NCBI GenBank assembly: GCA_025357945.1
Contig: JANYLJ010000054.1
Coordinates: forward strand, 136,607 to 200,606
Reading direction: 5' to 3'
Source of the DNA: Gemmatimonadota bacterium
Lineage (GTDB): Bacteria > Gemmatimonadota > Gemmatimonadetes > Gemmatimonadales > GWC2-71-9
Length of the DNA stretch: 64,000 bases
Shown here: positions 27,441 through 36,226 of the stretch, one piece after another
Position numbering within the stretch: the first letter of the stretch is position 1
Layout of the letters: each line of letters opens with the position of its first letter
Position numbers and translations under genes: made by a program
The notes under the pieces: model-generated
Told to the model about the DNA's origin: nothing
Database searches by the model: none
What the model saw: only the letters and a program-made list of their open reading frames with translations

Positions 27441-27587
27441 TTACGCGCGACGCCGCGCGACGAGCCGCAGTACGAGCGCGACGATCAGTACCGCAATCGC
27501 CGCCGACGCGATGCGTTTGTCGTCGCGGGCGACCGCGAGGATCGCCAGGCCCAGGCCGGCAAGCCCGGCGACGACCCGGAGCCGCAT
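27441..27587 (-). CDS. 48-aa predicted two-TM small membrane protein (below the ORF-track size cut-off)
   Basis: Own translation: MRLRVVAGLAGLGLAILAVARDDKRIASAAIAVLIVALVLRLVARRRA*. The ATG shares one nt with the enoyl-CoA hydratase TGA (TGATG). Third codon positions are almost all G/C, as in neighbouring genes. Confidence 0.5.
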   Translation of the reverse strand: MRLRVVAGLAGLGLAILAVARDDKRIASAAIAVLIVALVLRLVARRRA

Positions 27588-28345
27588 CACTTGGCGAGGA
27601 ACTCCGCGATCGCCTGGCGGAACTCCGGCGTGCTGCGTGCCAAGGCGTTGACCCGCGCGCCCAGCAGGATGCCGTCGGCGAAGGTGCGCTCGTCGAGTTC
27701 GAGGAAGAGCTGCTTGGACAGCGCGAATGCCGTGGCGCTGCGTGTTGCGAGGGTGGCGAGCAGGTCTGCTGTTTCGGCGTTGAGCGAGCCGTCAGGAAAG
27801 ACACGGCTCACCAATCCGAGGGCCAGCGCCTCGTCCGCGCCGACCTGCCGTCCGGTCGCGACGAGCTCGAACGCGCGCTTCTCACCGACTGACCGTCGGA
27901 GCATCGTCATCACCATGGCGGGGACGAAACCGCGTTCGATCTCGGGGTAACCGAATCGCGACGACGCGGCGGCGATCACGATGTCGCACGCCGTCGCGAG
28001 CCCGGCACCGCCGGCGAGCGCGCGCCCGTGCACGATCGCCACGCTCGGCTTCGGCAGGCGCCGCAAGGCGAGGAAGATTTCGCCGAGCGCCAGCGCCGAC
28101 CGTTCGTTCTCCGCCATCGTGCTATCGGCGGAGGCGAGCAACTCGTCGAGATCCGCCCCGGCACAGAAATCTTTTCCCGCGCCGCGGATCGCGACAACAC
28201 GAATCCCCGACTCGAGTTCGGCGCGCGCCAAGCCTTCGGCGAGTCCGTCGAGTGTCGCCGTGTCCAGCGCGTTGCGCTTGGCGGGCCGGTTGAGCGTCAA
28301 TGTGAGCACGCCGGCCTCGAGCGACATCAGGACGTGGTCACTCAT
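27587..28345 (-). CDS. enoyl-CoA hydratase/isomerase (crotonase) family protein
   Basis: Trimmed to ATG 28343-28345 (MSDHVLMSLEAGVLTLTLNRPAKRNALD). GAGKDFCAGADL, ALAGGAGLATACD. Confidence 0.85.
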   Translation of the reverse strand: MSDHVLMSLEAGVLTLTLNRPAKRNALDTATLDGLAEGLARAELESGIRVVAIRGAGKDFCAGADLDELLASADSTMAENERSALALGEIFLALRRLPKPSVAIVHGRALAGGAGLATACDIVIAAASSRFGYPEIERGFVPAMVMTMLRRSVGEKRAFELVATGRQVGADEALALGLVSRVFPDGSLNAETADLLATLATRSATAFALSKQLFLELDERTFADGILLGARVNALARSTPEFRQAIAEFLAK

Positions 28346-28694
28346 CGCGATTCCGCCACCGGTTGGCCAGCTTGCGGGGCAGGTCAATCTCCATCCGCAA
28401 CAGCGCGGTTGAAAAGACCTTGCCCTGCGCGTCGGTCTTGAGGGAGAGGGTGCCGCCACCGTCCAGCGCACCGTGCAGCAGGAAATTGAGCGCGGTGAGG
28501 TTGGGGAGCTCGAAGCGTTCCACACCGCTCACCATCCCCTTGAAATGCCTGGCCACGCGCTTCGCGGTGACCTGTGCCTCGAGCACCGGATACAACTCCG
28601 GCGCGAGGGCGATCAGACCGACGTTGGCCGTGTCGCCTTTGTCGCCGGAACGCGCGTGGGCGAGGTAACGCAACTGAATGCGGGTCCCCGGCAT
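28338..28694 (-). CDS. small AtuA-associated protein (AtuA C-terminal / DUF4387-like domain)
   Basis: 118 aa, LRYLAHARSGDKGDTANVGLIA... The start shares one nt with the stop of the DUF1446/AtuA gene. Family assignment is from memory of the motif, not searched. Confidence 0.55.
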   Translation of the reverse strand: MPGTRIQLRYLAHARSGDKGDTANVGLIALAPELYPVLEAQVTAKRVARHFKGMVSGVERFELPNLTALNFLLHGALDGGGTLSLKTDAQGKVFSTALLRMEIDLPRKLANRWRNRDE

Positions 28695-30067
28695 CAGAGC
28701 AACTCCACGCGGACAAGGGGCTCGATCAACTCACGCGTCAGCAGTGCAGGCCAGTAGGCGACGATTTCCTCAACCTGGGGACGGCCGCCGGCAAAGCCGG
28801 TGACGCTCGGTGGGCCGGTCAGTACCAGCGGAGCAATCTCGCGACTGAATCGTTCCACCGGCTCCCGTTCGCGCGCGCGCACGCCGATGCGCAGCATCAC
28901 CTCCGCGATATCGGGGTCGGGATCGCCGCCGAGACGCCCGTGCGTCGCGTTGACGCCGACCAGCTCGGTGAGGACCTGCTCGAACGTCAAGCCGAGCGAT
29001 TTCAGGCGCTTGCGGAGGATCGCATCGGCTGCCTTCGCCTTGTCCACTGCGTCCGGCCACGAGTAGACGAGCGTTCCCACCGCCTTGTATCCGTAAAACC
29101 AGGCGACGGAGACCTTGAGCATCGGCGTACGGGGCCGGCCGCGGATTCCCGAAACGTGGACCCGATCCTTGGCCGTCTGCCGCAACTGGATCGTCGTGAA
29201 ATCGGCGACGCCGTCCGGTGTGATGTACGCGTTCGGGTCGCCCATTTCATACACGAGTTGCTCGGTCACTGATGCGACGTTGACCACGCCGCCCGTGCCA
29301 CGGTGCTTGGTCACGGTGAAGCTACCGTCTGCCTGCGCCTCAACGATCGGAAAGCCGACGTCATCGAGCCGCTTCACCGACCGCCAATCCTTGAGCAGGT
29401 TGCCGCCCGAGCTCTGTGCGCCGCACTCGAGGATATGACCGGCGATCGTTCCGGCCGCAATCCGATCCCAATCGTCGGGCTGCCAGCCGAATTCGTGGAC
29501 CAGCGGGCCGAGTGTGAGGCCGGTGTCGGTGACCCGGCCGGTGATCACGACGTTCGCGCCGCGCTGCAAGGCTTCAACCACCGGGGCCATGCCGAGGTAG
29601 GCGTTGGCGGCACGCACGTGGTCGCGCACGTCGCTGAGCGGGCGGCCGGTGTCCATGTTGGCGAACGGCTCGCCACCGGCAACCAACTCGTCGAGCCGAC
29701 CCATCAGGTCATCGCCGGTCACCAGGCCGATCCGGATCGTCTCCCCCAGGCCGAGTCGGTCGGCGGCGGCCCGCACCGCGGTGGCGCAGGCGCGGGGATT
29801 CACGCCACCCGCGTTGGAAATGACGCGGATGCCCTTGTCGGCGACGTCGGGAAGAATGCGCTCCATCTGGCTGACAAAATCGCGGGCGTAGCCAGTCGCG
29901 GGATCGCGGCTGCGCTGCTTTTGAAGAATCGACATGGTGACTTCAGCGAGATAGTCGAGCACCAGATAATCGATCGGTCCGCCGCGCACCTGCCGCAGCG
30001 GCGCCTCGAGCCAGTCGCCCCAGAAGCCCTGCCCCGCCGCAACCCGGACCGTCCTGGGTCGACTCAT
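28694..30067 (-). CDS. acyclic terpene utilisation AtuA-family protein (DUF1446)
   Basis: MSRPRTVRVAAGQGFWGDWLEAPLRQVRGGPIDYLVLDYLAEVTMSIL..., the typical AtuA/DUF1446 N-terminus. ATGA overlap with the S8 peptidase stop. Confidence 0.7.
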   Translation of the reverse strand: MSRPRTVRVAAGQGFWGDWLEAPLRQVRGGPIDYLVLDYLAEVTMSILQKQRSRDPATGYARDFVSQMERILPDVADKGIRVISNAGGVNPRACATAVRAAADRLGLGETIRIGLVTGDDLMGRLDELVAGGEPFANMDTGRPLSDVRDHVRAANAYLGMAPVVEALQRGANVVITGRVTDTGLTLGPLVHEFGWQPDDWDRIAAGTIAGHILECGAQSSGGNLLKDWRSVKRLDDVGFPIVEAQADGSFTVTKHRGTGGVVNVASVTEQLVYEMGDPNAYITPDGVADFTTIQLRQTAKDRVHVSGIRGRPRTPMLKVSVAWFYGYKAVGTLVYSWPDAVDKAKAADAILRKRLKSLGLTFEQVLTELVGVNATHGRLGGDPDPDIAEVMLRIGVRAREREPVERFSREIAPLVLTGPPSVTGFAGGRPQVEEIVAYWPALLTRELIEPLVRVELL

Positions 30068-32973
30068 CGCGGCGCCTCGGCCGGTCTGGCCAGCGTCAGC
30101 TCGCGCGTCCAGATATGGTCAGTCCCTTCCAGCGCCACGATAGTCACGAGCGGGACGAAGTCTACTGGGAATTGGATTGGCATCAGGCCCGGCACAAAGC
30201 GTTCTTCGCGCAGCGCACCGGCCGCGACCGGCTTGACCGGCGAACCATCACCGTCGAGCGCGTACGGCTTCTCGACATAGAAGCGGACCGTCAGCTCGAC
30301 GGACCAGGCACCGGGGTCTCGCGGGTCGGCAAAGCCCGGCGAAAGCAGCACGATCACGGTATCACCCGCGATGCTGTCGGGTAGCTCCGGAACGGCGCGG
30401 CTGAAGGCATAGTTGATCGGATGGGTTTCGAACTCACGCCCGCGGCGATCGAGAAACGAAAGGCCGAAGTCGGTGAAGCGCGACCACTCTTCGCGCGGCA
30501 TCCGGGTGTCAACGACCATGCGGACGGCCCAGGTGGGCACCGGGATCGCGATGCGGGTGGGAGCATCGCCGTCGCGTTGCACTGTGATGCGACGTTCCGC
30601 ACCGGTCAATCCAGCGCGAAGGCGGACCGGGAGCGACCTGGCGATCAGGCTCCGGGCGGTGACGTGCAAGGTGTCCCGTACCATCGTGGCGCCGAGACGA
30701 AGGGGCGCCTGCCGCACGGTGACCTTCGCCGCGATCGGCGCCAGCGGGCCGGCGACGACATCCACCTCATAGATACCGGCGACGACGTCATTCGCGGCGA
30801 GGTCGAACAGTCCCGCACCATCACCGAAACCGGCCGGAATCATGCGGTCATCCCGGAACGGCATGCCACCCGGTTCATGCAGCGCCGCAGCGACCCGCTC
30901 CGATGCCGTCAGCGTTGCCACCTCGATCTGCAGGCCGCGGCCGGTGTCTGTCGGCACGAACACGCGCCCGATACCGCCGGCGGTGACGTTGAGGTTGACG
31001 GGCGCCCTGGTGCCGGATGCCGACACCGGTGTACGCACGACCACCGGGATCACGGCGAGCGGACCGGCAGTCTCGTCCGGGCCTTCGACACGAATCAGGG
31101 CGCTCAATATTCCGGGCGCGACAGCGGCACCGGGGAGGATGCCTAGCGTGAACTCGCCGCGGCCGGCCGTGAGCGTGATCGTCTCGGGCAGCTGCAGCCA
31201 GTTCGCATCGGCACGGAGGCGGAGTGTCAGCGAACCCGCGCTGTCGAGGCGGCGAAGCACGACGCGCGCGCCGAGCGGCCGCGCGCTCGCGGCGTCGGGG
31301 CTCGCGGTGAGGTACACGGCGCCACGACCGGTCGCACTGCCAACATCGACGGCGACCTCGGCGAAATCGTGCGACGCGGTCAACCACTGCCAGGCGCGCG
31401 TGAGATCGGGGAGCCCAGCTCCCTGATCCGAGCTGACGCCCGACGGAAGCGGACGGGCTCCCATCCGGAGACTCTGCCGGATGATCCGAGCCGGGGCGGC
31501 GCGCCCCGACGCGCGCAGGCCCGACAGCAGCCGCGCGGCGAGCCCGGCGCCGTACGGCGACGCCATGCTGGTGCCATTCTCCTGTTCGTCCCCAATCGCA
31601 AAGTTGGGAACCGTCGAATAGGCCACGCCCGGCAGGACGATGTCGGGGCCGGCAATCTCGCCACCGCGACTCGAGAACGATGCGACCGGTTCCGCGCTCG
31701 TGTCATCGGCGCCGGCGCCGGCGAATACCAGGGGTAGTGTCGCGCCGACGGAAATAACGCGCGTTGCACTGCCGGGAACCCCGAGACTGCTGAGCCCGGG
31801 ACCGTCATTGCCTGCGGCGACGGTCATCACGACCTCAGGATGCGCCGCCAGCATCGAATCGATCATCGCATCGATGCGCGCGGTCCCCTCATGTTCGTTG
31901 CCCACGCCGAACGACAGGTTCACCACCAGCGGCATCGCCCGTGCGCCGGCGAAGCCGATGGCGTAGTCGAGGGCACGCACCATCGAGCCGGTCACACTCA
32001 CCGCCCCGTGGGCATCGTCAGCGATCTTGAGGCCGATGATCCTGGCACCCGGCGCGACACCGTCGAAACCCGCCACGCCATAGAGATTGTGCCCAGCGGC
32101 GATCCCGGAAACGTGCGTGCCGTGACTGCTGGTATCAAAGAAGAGATCGAGAACCGGCGTACCGGCGGAGTCCGCCAGGTTGACGGCGATGTCGAGCGGC
32201 GCAGCGCCACGCTTCGGATCCACCCCGACGGGCTGATACCAGCTGAACAGCTCCCGTGCGACGAGGTAGTCGTGGACCGGACGCTCGTTCGCCAATGTCC
32301 CGTCGCCGTCGGTATCGGCAAGGAGCTCCCAACCGGACGTGGTCTTCGCGACCACCACCACCAGCGTGTCACCCACAGTTCCGTTCCCGTTGATGTCGGC
32401 GGCGGGTGGTTTGCCGAGCGCCAACTCCGCAATGGTGCCGCCCCAGATCGGCGAGTCGCCCGCCAGCGCCGCGACCCGCGACGCTCCGAGAATGCGCCGG
32501 TCGCCCACGAGCAACGTGTCGCCGCGCCGCACCACACGCTGCAAGCGAACCCGCCCTTCGCCAGAGAAGTCGCGCAGGTCGAGCACCTTGGTCGACCCGT
32601 CGGCGGCCAGCGCGAGGCCCGGTACGCCGGGATCGATCCCGCTGTCGAGAATTGCTATCAGCACACCGCGTCCGTCCCACATCGGGTGGTCGGCGGCGAA
32701 GCGCGGGACGCCAGTCGAGCGGAGCGCCATCAAACCATGCGCGAAAGCGATCGCCGCGGAGTCGCGTCGCATTCGATTCAGCGCCGTCCCGAGGCAGCCC
32801 GCGCCACCCGGACCGACCGCACACGCTGCCTCAGGTGCGACCGGGTCGTGTGGTCCGCTGGCGTGGGGATCGGCCGGCGCGGGAACCGGGGCTGCCGCCG
32901 GCGTGGCGCGGTGACCGCACGACGCGAACGCAAGCACGATCGGGACGAACCAGATGACCGGCAACCGTTTCAT
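30064..32973 (-). CDS. S8 subtilisin-family serine peptidase lipoprotein, tripeptidyl-peptidase-II-like architecture (969 aa)
   Basis: Lipoprotein signal MKRLPVIWFVPIVLAFASC. Catalytic D110 (AILDSGID), H284 (SSHGTHVSG), S469 (GTSMASPYGAG). There is a 174-aa insert between Asp and His and an approximately 490-aa C-terminal region. Confidence 0.8.
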   Translation of the reverse strand: MKRLPVIWFVPIVLAFASCGHRATPAAAPVPAPADPHASGPHDPVAPEAACAVGPGGAGCLGTALNRMRRDSAAIAFAHGLMALRSTGVPRFAADHPMWDGRGVLIAILDSGIDPGVPGLALAADGSTKVLDLRDFSGEGRVRLQRVVRRGDTLLVGDRRILGASRVAALAGDSPIWGGTIAELALGKPPAADINGNGTVGDTLVVVVAKTTSGWELLADTDGDGTLANERPVHDYLVARELFSWYQPVGVDPKRGAAPLDIAVNLADSAGTPVLDLFFDTSSHGTHVSGIAAGHNLYGVAGFDGVAPGARIIGLKIADDAHGAVSVTGSMVRALDYAIGFAGARAMPLVVNLSFGVGNEHEGTARIDAMIDSMLAAHPEVVMTVAAGNDGPGLSSLGVPGSATRVISVGATLPLVFAGAGADDTSAEPVASFSSRGGEIAGPDIVLPGVAYSTVPNFAIGDEQENGTSMASPYGAGLAARLLSGLRASGRAAPARIIRQSLRMGARPLPSGVSSDQGAGLPDLTRAWQWLTASHDFAEVAVDVGSATGRGAVYLTASPDAASARPLGARVVLRRLDSAGSLTLRLRADANWLQLPETITLTAGRGEFTLGILPGAAVAPGILSALIRVEGPDETAGPLAVIPVVVRTPVSASGTRAPVNLNVTAGGIGRVFVPTDTGRGLQIEVATLTASERVAAALHEPGGMPFRDDRMIPAGFGDGAGLFDLAANDVVAGIYEVDVVAGPLAPIAAKVTVRQAPLRLGATMVRDTLHVTARSLIARSLPVRLRAGLTGAERRITVQRDGDAPTRIAIPVPTWAVRMVVDTRMPREEWSRFTDFGLSFLDRRGREFETHPINYAFSRAVPELPDSIAGDTVIVLLSPGFADPRDPGAWSVELTVRFYVEKPYALDGDGSPVKPVAAGALREERFVPGLMPIQFPVDFVPLVTIVALEGTDHIWTRELTLARPAEAPR

Positions 32974-34592
32974 CCGAGCGACCCAGCCAACACAAATGGC
33001 CCAAGGTGGGGCCCGGGATTATTCGAAGTCACGCGCAGCAGAAAGGCGAGGAGGTCGCGCGTCTCTTCCGGCGGGACGATGGCGTCGACGAAACCGCGGG
33101 CCGCTGCGTAGCGGGCGTCGAGCTGGTGTTCGTAGTCGACGCGCATCGCGTCGATCGACCGCTGCGTGTCGGCGTCGAGTTCGCGATGCTCCTTCCGCGC
33201 CTTCTCGATCGCGGTGCCGTGCGCCGCCATGATCGCGGACTCGCCCTCCATCACCGCCATGCGCCCGGTTGGCCAGGAGACGATGAAGTCGGGATCAAAT
33301 CCCTGCCCTGCCATGGCATAGTAGCCGGCGCCGGAGGCGTGATTGACCGTCAGGACGAACTTCGGCACGAGGGCGGTCGCCATCGCCTCAACGAAGCGGG
33401 CACCGGCCCGGATGATTCCCTCGTGTTCCGCCTCCGGACCCACCATGAATCCGCTGACGTCCTGCACAAAGAGGATCGGCAGCCGTTCGCGATTGGCGGT
33501 GTCGATGAAAAACGCCACCTTCTCCGCGGTCTCGGCGTACACGATGCCACCGAAGCGCGGCTTTTCGCCGGCGCGCCCCTTGATCAGACCGCGCTGGTTG
33601 GCGATCACCGCGACGGGTCGGCCGGCGATTCGGGCGTGACCACAGAGTATCTCGCCGGCGAGGCCCGGCTGGAATTCGTCGAACACGCCGCCATCGAGCA
33701 GGCAATCGAGGATCTGCCGCATGTCATACGACAGGCGATGATCGTGGGGGAGGAGGTCGTAAAGCGCGGCCGGATCGGTCTTCGGTGGCCGCGCGTCGCC
33801 CACCGTTGCGAGGGGCGGCGCGCTGGCCGGCAGTCGTGCGACGTACTCGCGGATCCGCCGCAAGCACTCGGGATCGTTTGCGGCGCGGTAGTGGGCCACG
33901 CCGCTCACCTCGGTGTGGGCACGCGCGCCGCCGAGCGCCTCGCCGTCGACGACCTGGCCCGTGGCACCCTTGACAAGATTCGGCCCGCCGAGCCCCATGA
34001 ACGAGGTGCCGTCGACCATGAAGATCACGTCCGAGAGCGCGGGGAGGTACGCGCCGCCCGCGACGCAGCTTCCCATCACCGCGGCGATCTGCGGAACGTG
34101 GAGGTAGCGCCGCATCAGTGAGTTGTAATAGAAGATCCGCGCCGCGCCGTACTGGCCGGGAAAGACGCCTTCCTGATACGGCAAGTTGACGCCGGCGGAG
34201 TCGACCAGATAGATGATCGGTATGCGCTGGCGCATGGCGACTTCCTGCGCCCGCAGGATCTTGGTGATCGTCTCGGGCCACCACGACCCGGCCTTCACTG
34301 TCGCGTCGTTCGCGACGACCACGACCTCCCGCCCGCTGACGACGCCGACACCGGTGATGACCCCCGCCGCTGGCGCGTCGCCGTTGTAGCGGTCATACGC
34401 GACGAGAAGCCCGATCTCGAGCCAGCGCGTCGCCGGATCGAGCAGCTGGGTCACGCGCTCGCGCGGCGACAGCTGGCCCTTCGCGTGCATCTTCTCCACG
34501 CGTTTGGTGCCGCCGCCGAGCCGGAGCTTCGCGGCGAGAACCAGGTACTCGTCGGTCAGCGCGCGAAGGCGAGACGCCCGATCGCCCGTCAT
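32970..34592 (-). CDS. acyl-CoA carboxylase carboxyltransferase (beta) subunit, MccB/AtuC-like
   Basis: KGQLSPRERVTQLLD, VVVVANDATVKAGSWWPETITKILRAQEVA, IPIIYLVDSAGVNLP, PQIAAVMGSCVAGGAYLPA. Confidence 0.85.
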   Translation of the reverse strand: MTGDRASRLRALTDEYLVLAAKLRLGGGTKRVEKMHAKGQLSPRERVTQLLDPATRWLEIGLLVAYDRYNGDAPAAGVITGVGVVSGREVVVVANDATVKAGSWWPETITKILRAQEVAMRQRIPIIYLVDSAGVNLPYQEGVFPGQYGAARIFYYNSLMRRYLHVPQIAAVMGSCVAGGAYLPALSDVIFMVDGTSFMGLGGPNLVKGATGQVVDGEALGGARAHTEVSGVAHYRAANDPECLRRIREYVARLPASAPPLATVGDARPPKTDPAALYDLLPHDHRLSYDMRQILDCLLDGGVFDEFQPGLAGEILCGHARIAGRPVAVIANQRGLIKGRAGEKPRFGGIVYAETAEKVAFFIDTANRERLPILFVQDVSGFMVGPEAEHEGIIRAGARFVEAMATALVPKFVLTVNHASGAGYYAMAGQGFDPDFIVSWPTGRMAVMEGESAIMAAHGTAIEKARKEHRELDADTQRSIDAMRVDYEHQLDARYAAARGFVDAIVPPEETRDLLAFLLRVTSNNPGPHLGPFVLAGSLG

Positions 34593-34597
34593 CGGGG

Positions 34598-35032
34598 TCA
34601 GTTGCGCAGGTTTGCGCGCGCCCAGTCCTGGACGTACGCGATGAGATCGGCGGTCGGCGTGCCGGGTCCGAAGAGTCGTCCGATCCCCTGTGCCTGCAGC
34701 GCGGCCATGTCTTCCTGCGGAATGATGCCTCCACCGGTGACCAGGATGTCGCCACGGCCCTGGTCCACGAGCAACTGCCGCACGCGCGGGAAGAGCGTCA
34801 TGTGTGCGCCGGAAAGAATCGACAGGCCAACGACGTCGGCGTCTTCCTGCACTGCCGCCGACGCGATCATCTCCGGGGTCTGGTGGAGTCCGGTATAGAT
34901 CACTTCCATCCCGGCATCGCGCAGGGCCGCCGCCACGACCTTCGCCCCGCGGTCATGGCCGTCGAGGCCGGGTTTGGCGACCAGCACCCGAATCGGGCGG
35001 GTGAGCAGCAGTGCGTCGGCGACAGCCATCAT
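34598..35032 (-). CDS. B12-binding small subunit of a split methylmalonyl-CoA-mutase-family enzyme
   Basis: Trimmed to ATG 35030-35032 (GGGAG 8 nt upstream). [28 protein letters not shown] (DxHxxG cobalamin motif), VVGLSILSG. Confidence 0.85.
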   Translation of the reverse strand: MMAVADALLLTRPIRVLVAKPGLDGHDRGAKVVAAALRDAGMEVIYTGLHQTPEMIASAAVQEDADVVGLSILSGAHMTLFPRVRQLLVDQGRGDILVTGGGIIPQEDMAALQAQGIGRLFGPGTPTADLIAYVQDWARANLRN

Positions 35033-35051
35033 GCGGCCACTCCCAGGCAAG

Positions 35052-36206
35052 TCATTTGAACCGGAGCAATCCGGCCAGTCCGTCGACCGCGTCGGCATGC
35101 TCGACGTCGTACATCACGTCGAGTGCGACGCGCTGGCGGAGTGCCTCTTCGATGGCATCATCGATCACGTCCAACGTCGGGATGACTTCGCCATCCGCGC
35201 GCAAGTCGCGCGCGAGTGTCGACAGCCGACCCGTCTTCGTCGAGCGGAACCCCGGCATCACGGCGTCGCCGCGCACGAGCAGCAGCCGCACCTGGCCGTG
35301 GGACAGCGCCTTCAGCGTCTCGCGCACCCCGTTCACTGCCCAGCTGGTCCCGAGACCTTCGGCCAGTTCTTCGATATGGCGTTCTTCGGAGAGCTGCGCG
35401 TGGCGCACGTGCACTTCCATCGTCAGCCGCTGCACCACCGCGGGTGTTGCATCCTTCGGCCCCAGCTTCGCGATCCCGATCAGTCGGTCGGCGAGGTAGT
35501 TGTGCAGGAACGGTTCGAGCGCGGCGGCATCGCTGCCGGATGCCGCGAGCACGATCTGATGCCCGGGCGACTTTCGATCGAGCTCAAACAGGGCGTGGGC
35601 AACGCCTTCGAGGTGCCGCCGCCTGGCGTCGCGGATGCGATTGTGAAACGAATACTCGCCGGTGGCGTCGCCGCGCCCGCCCGCCGCGTGATACCGCCCG
35701 CCGCGGGTGATCTTCCAGGTGACCTTCTGGACCATCTTCGTTTCGGTGGCGGTCACCTCCCAGATCAGCGCGAAGGTCCGGTCGAGTGTCACGGTAAACA
35801 GCCGGCCGAATTCCGCCTCACTCGCCGCGAGCTCGCGGACGAGCGGCGTGCGGTCCACGGCCAGCCGGGAGCGATGTACCCGTGGTAACGGGCGGACCTG
35901 GAACATCTTCATCGCCTGGCAGGCGAAAATCGCGAGGCCTTGTGCATCGGGCAGCATCGCTTCATCACTCAGGAAATCGAGGATGCGCGCGAGGTCCGCC
36001 CGGACCGCGTCCTGGCCCCGCTTGTCCCATCCCAGGGACGGCAGCGCGTACTCGAGTGCCTTGATCCGGTTCCTCGCCTTGACCAGGTACTTCTTTCGCG
36101 TGCGATCCCGCGGCTCAAGTTTGAGGTAACAACTCACGACCGGGTGCGGACCGGGCTTCATGCGCAACACGTCCTGCGCGTCAGCTGCCTGCCGATTACT
36201 GGCCAT
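35052..36206 (-). CDS. eRF1/Pelota-like (bacterial aeRF1 / Vms1-type) protein, no GGQ motif
   Basis: AAGGAG lies 6 nt upstream of ATG 36204-36206. N-terminus [14 protein letters not shown]. Central loop [19 protein letters not shown]. Domain-2-like [29 protein letters not shown]. Domain-3-like [26 protein letters not shown]. Recognised by pattern only. Confidence 0.55.
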   Translation of the reverse strand: MASNRQAADAQDVLRMKPGPHPVVSCYLKLEPRDRTRKKYLVKARNRIKALEYALPSLGWDKRGQDAVRADLARILDFLSDEAMLPDAQGLAIFACQAMKMFQVRPLPRVHRSRLAVDRTPLVRELAASEAEFGRLFTVTLDRTFALIWEVTATETKMVQKVTWKITRGGRYHAAGGRGDATGEYSFHNRIRDARRRHLEGVAHALFELDRKSPGHQIVLAASGSDAAALEPFLHNYLADRLIGIAKLGPKDATPAVVQRLTMEVHVRHAQLSEERHIEELAEGLGTSWAVNGVRETLKALSHGQVRLLLVRGDAVMPGFRSTKTGRLSTLARDLRADGEVIPTLDVIDDAIEEALRQRVALDVMYDVEHADAVDGLAGLLRFK

Positions 36207-36226
36207 CGTCTGCTCCTTCGTGATCT

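Noticed and set aside
30415-30440. tRNA T-arm-like string ggtttcgaactc inside the S8 peptidase gene
   Set aside because: There is no complementary acceptor or anticodon stems around it, and it lies in frame within a well-supported CDS.
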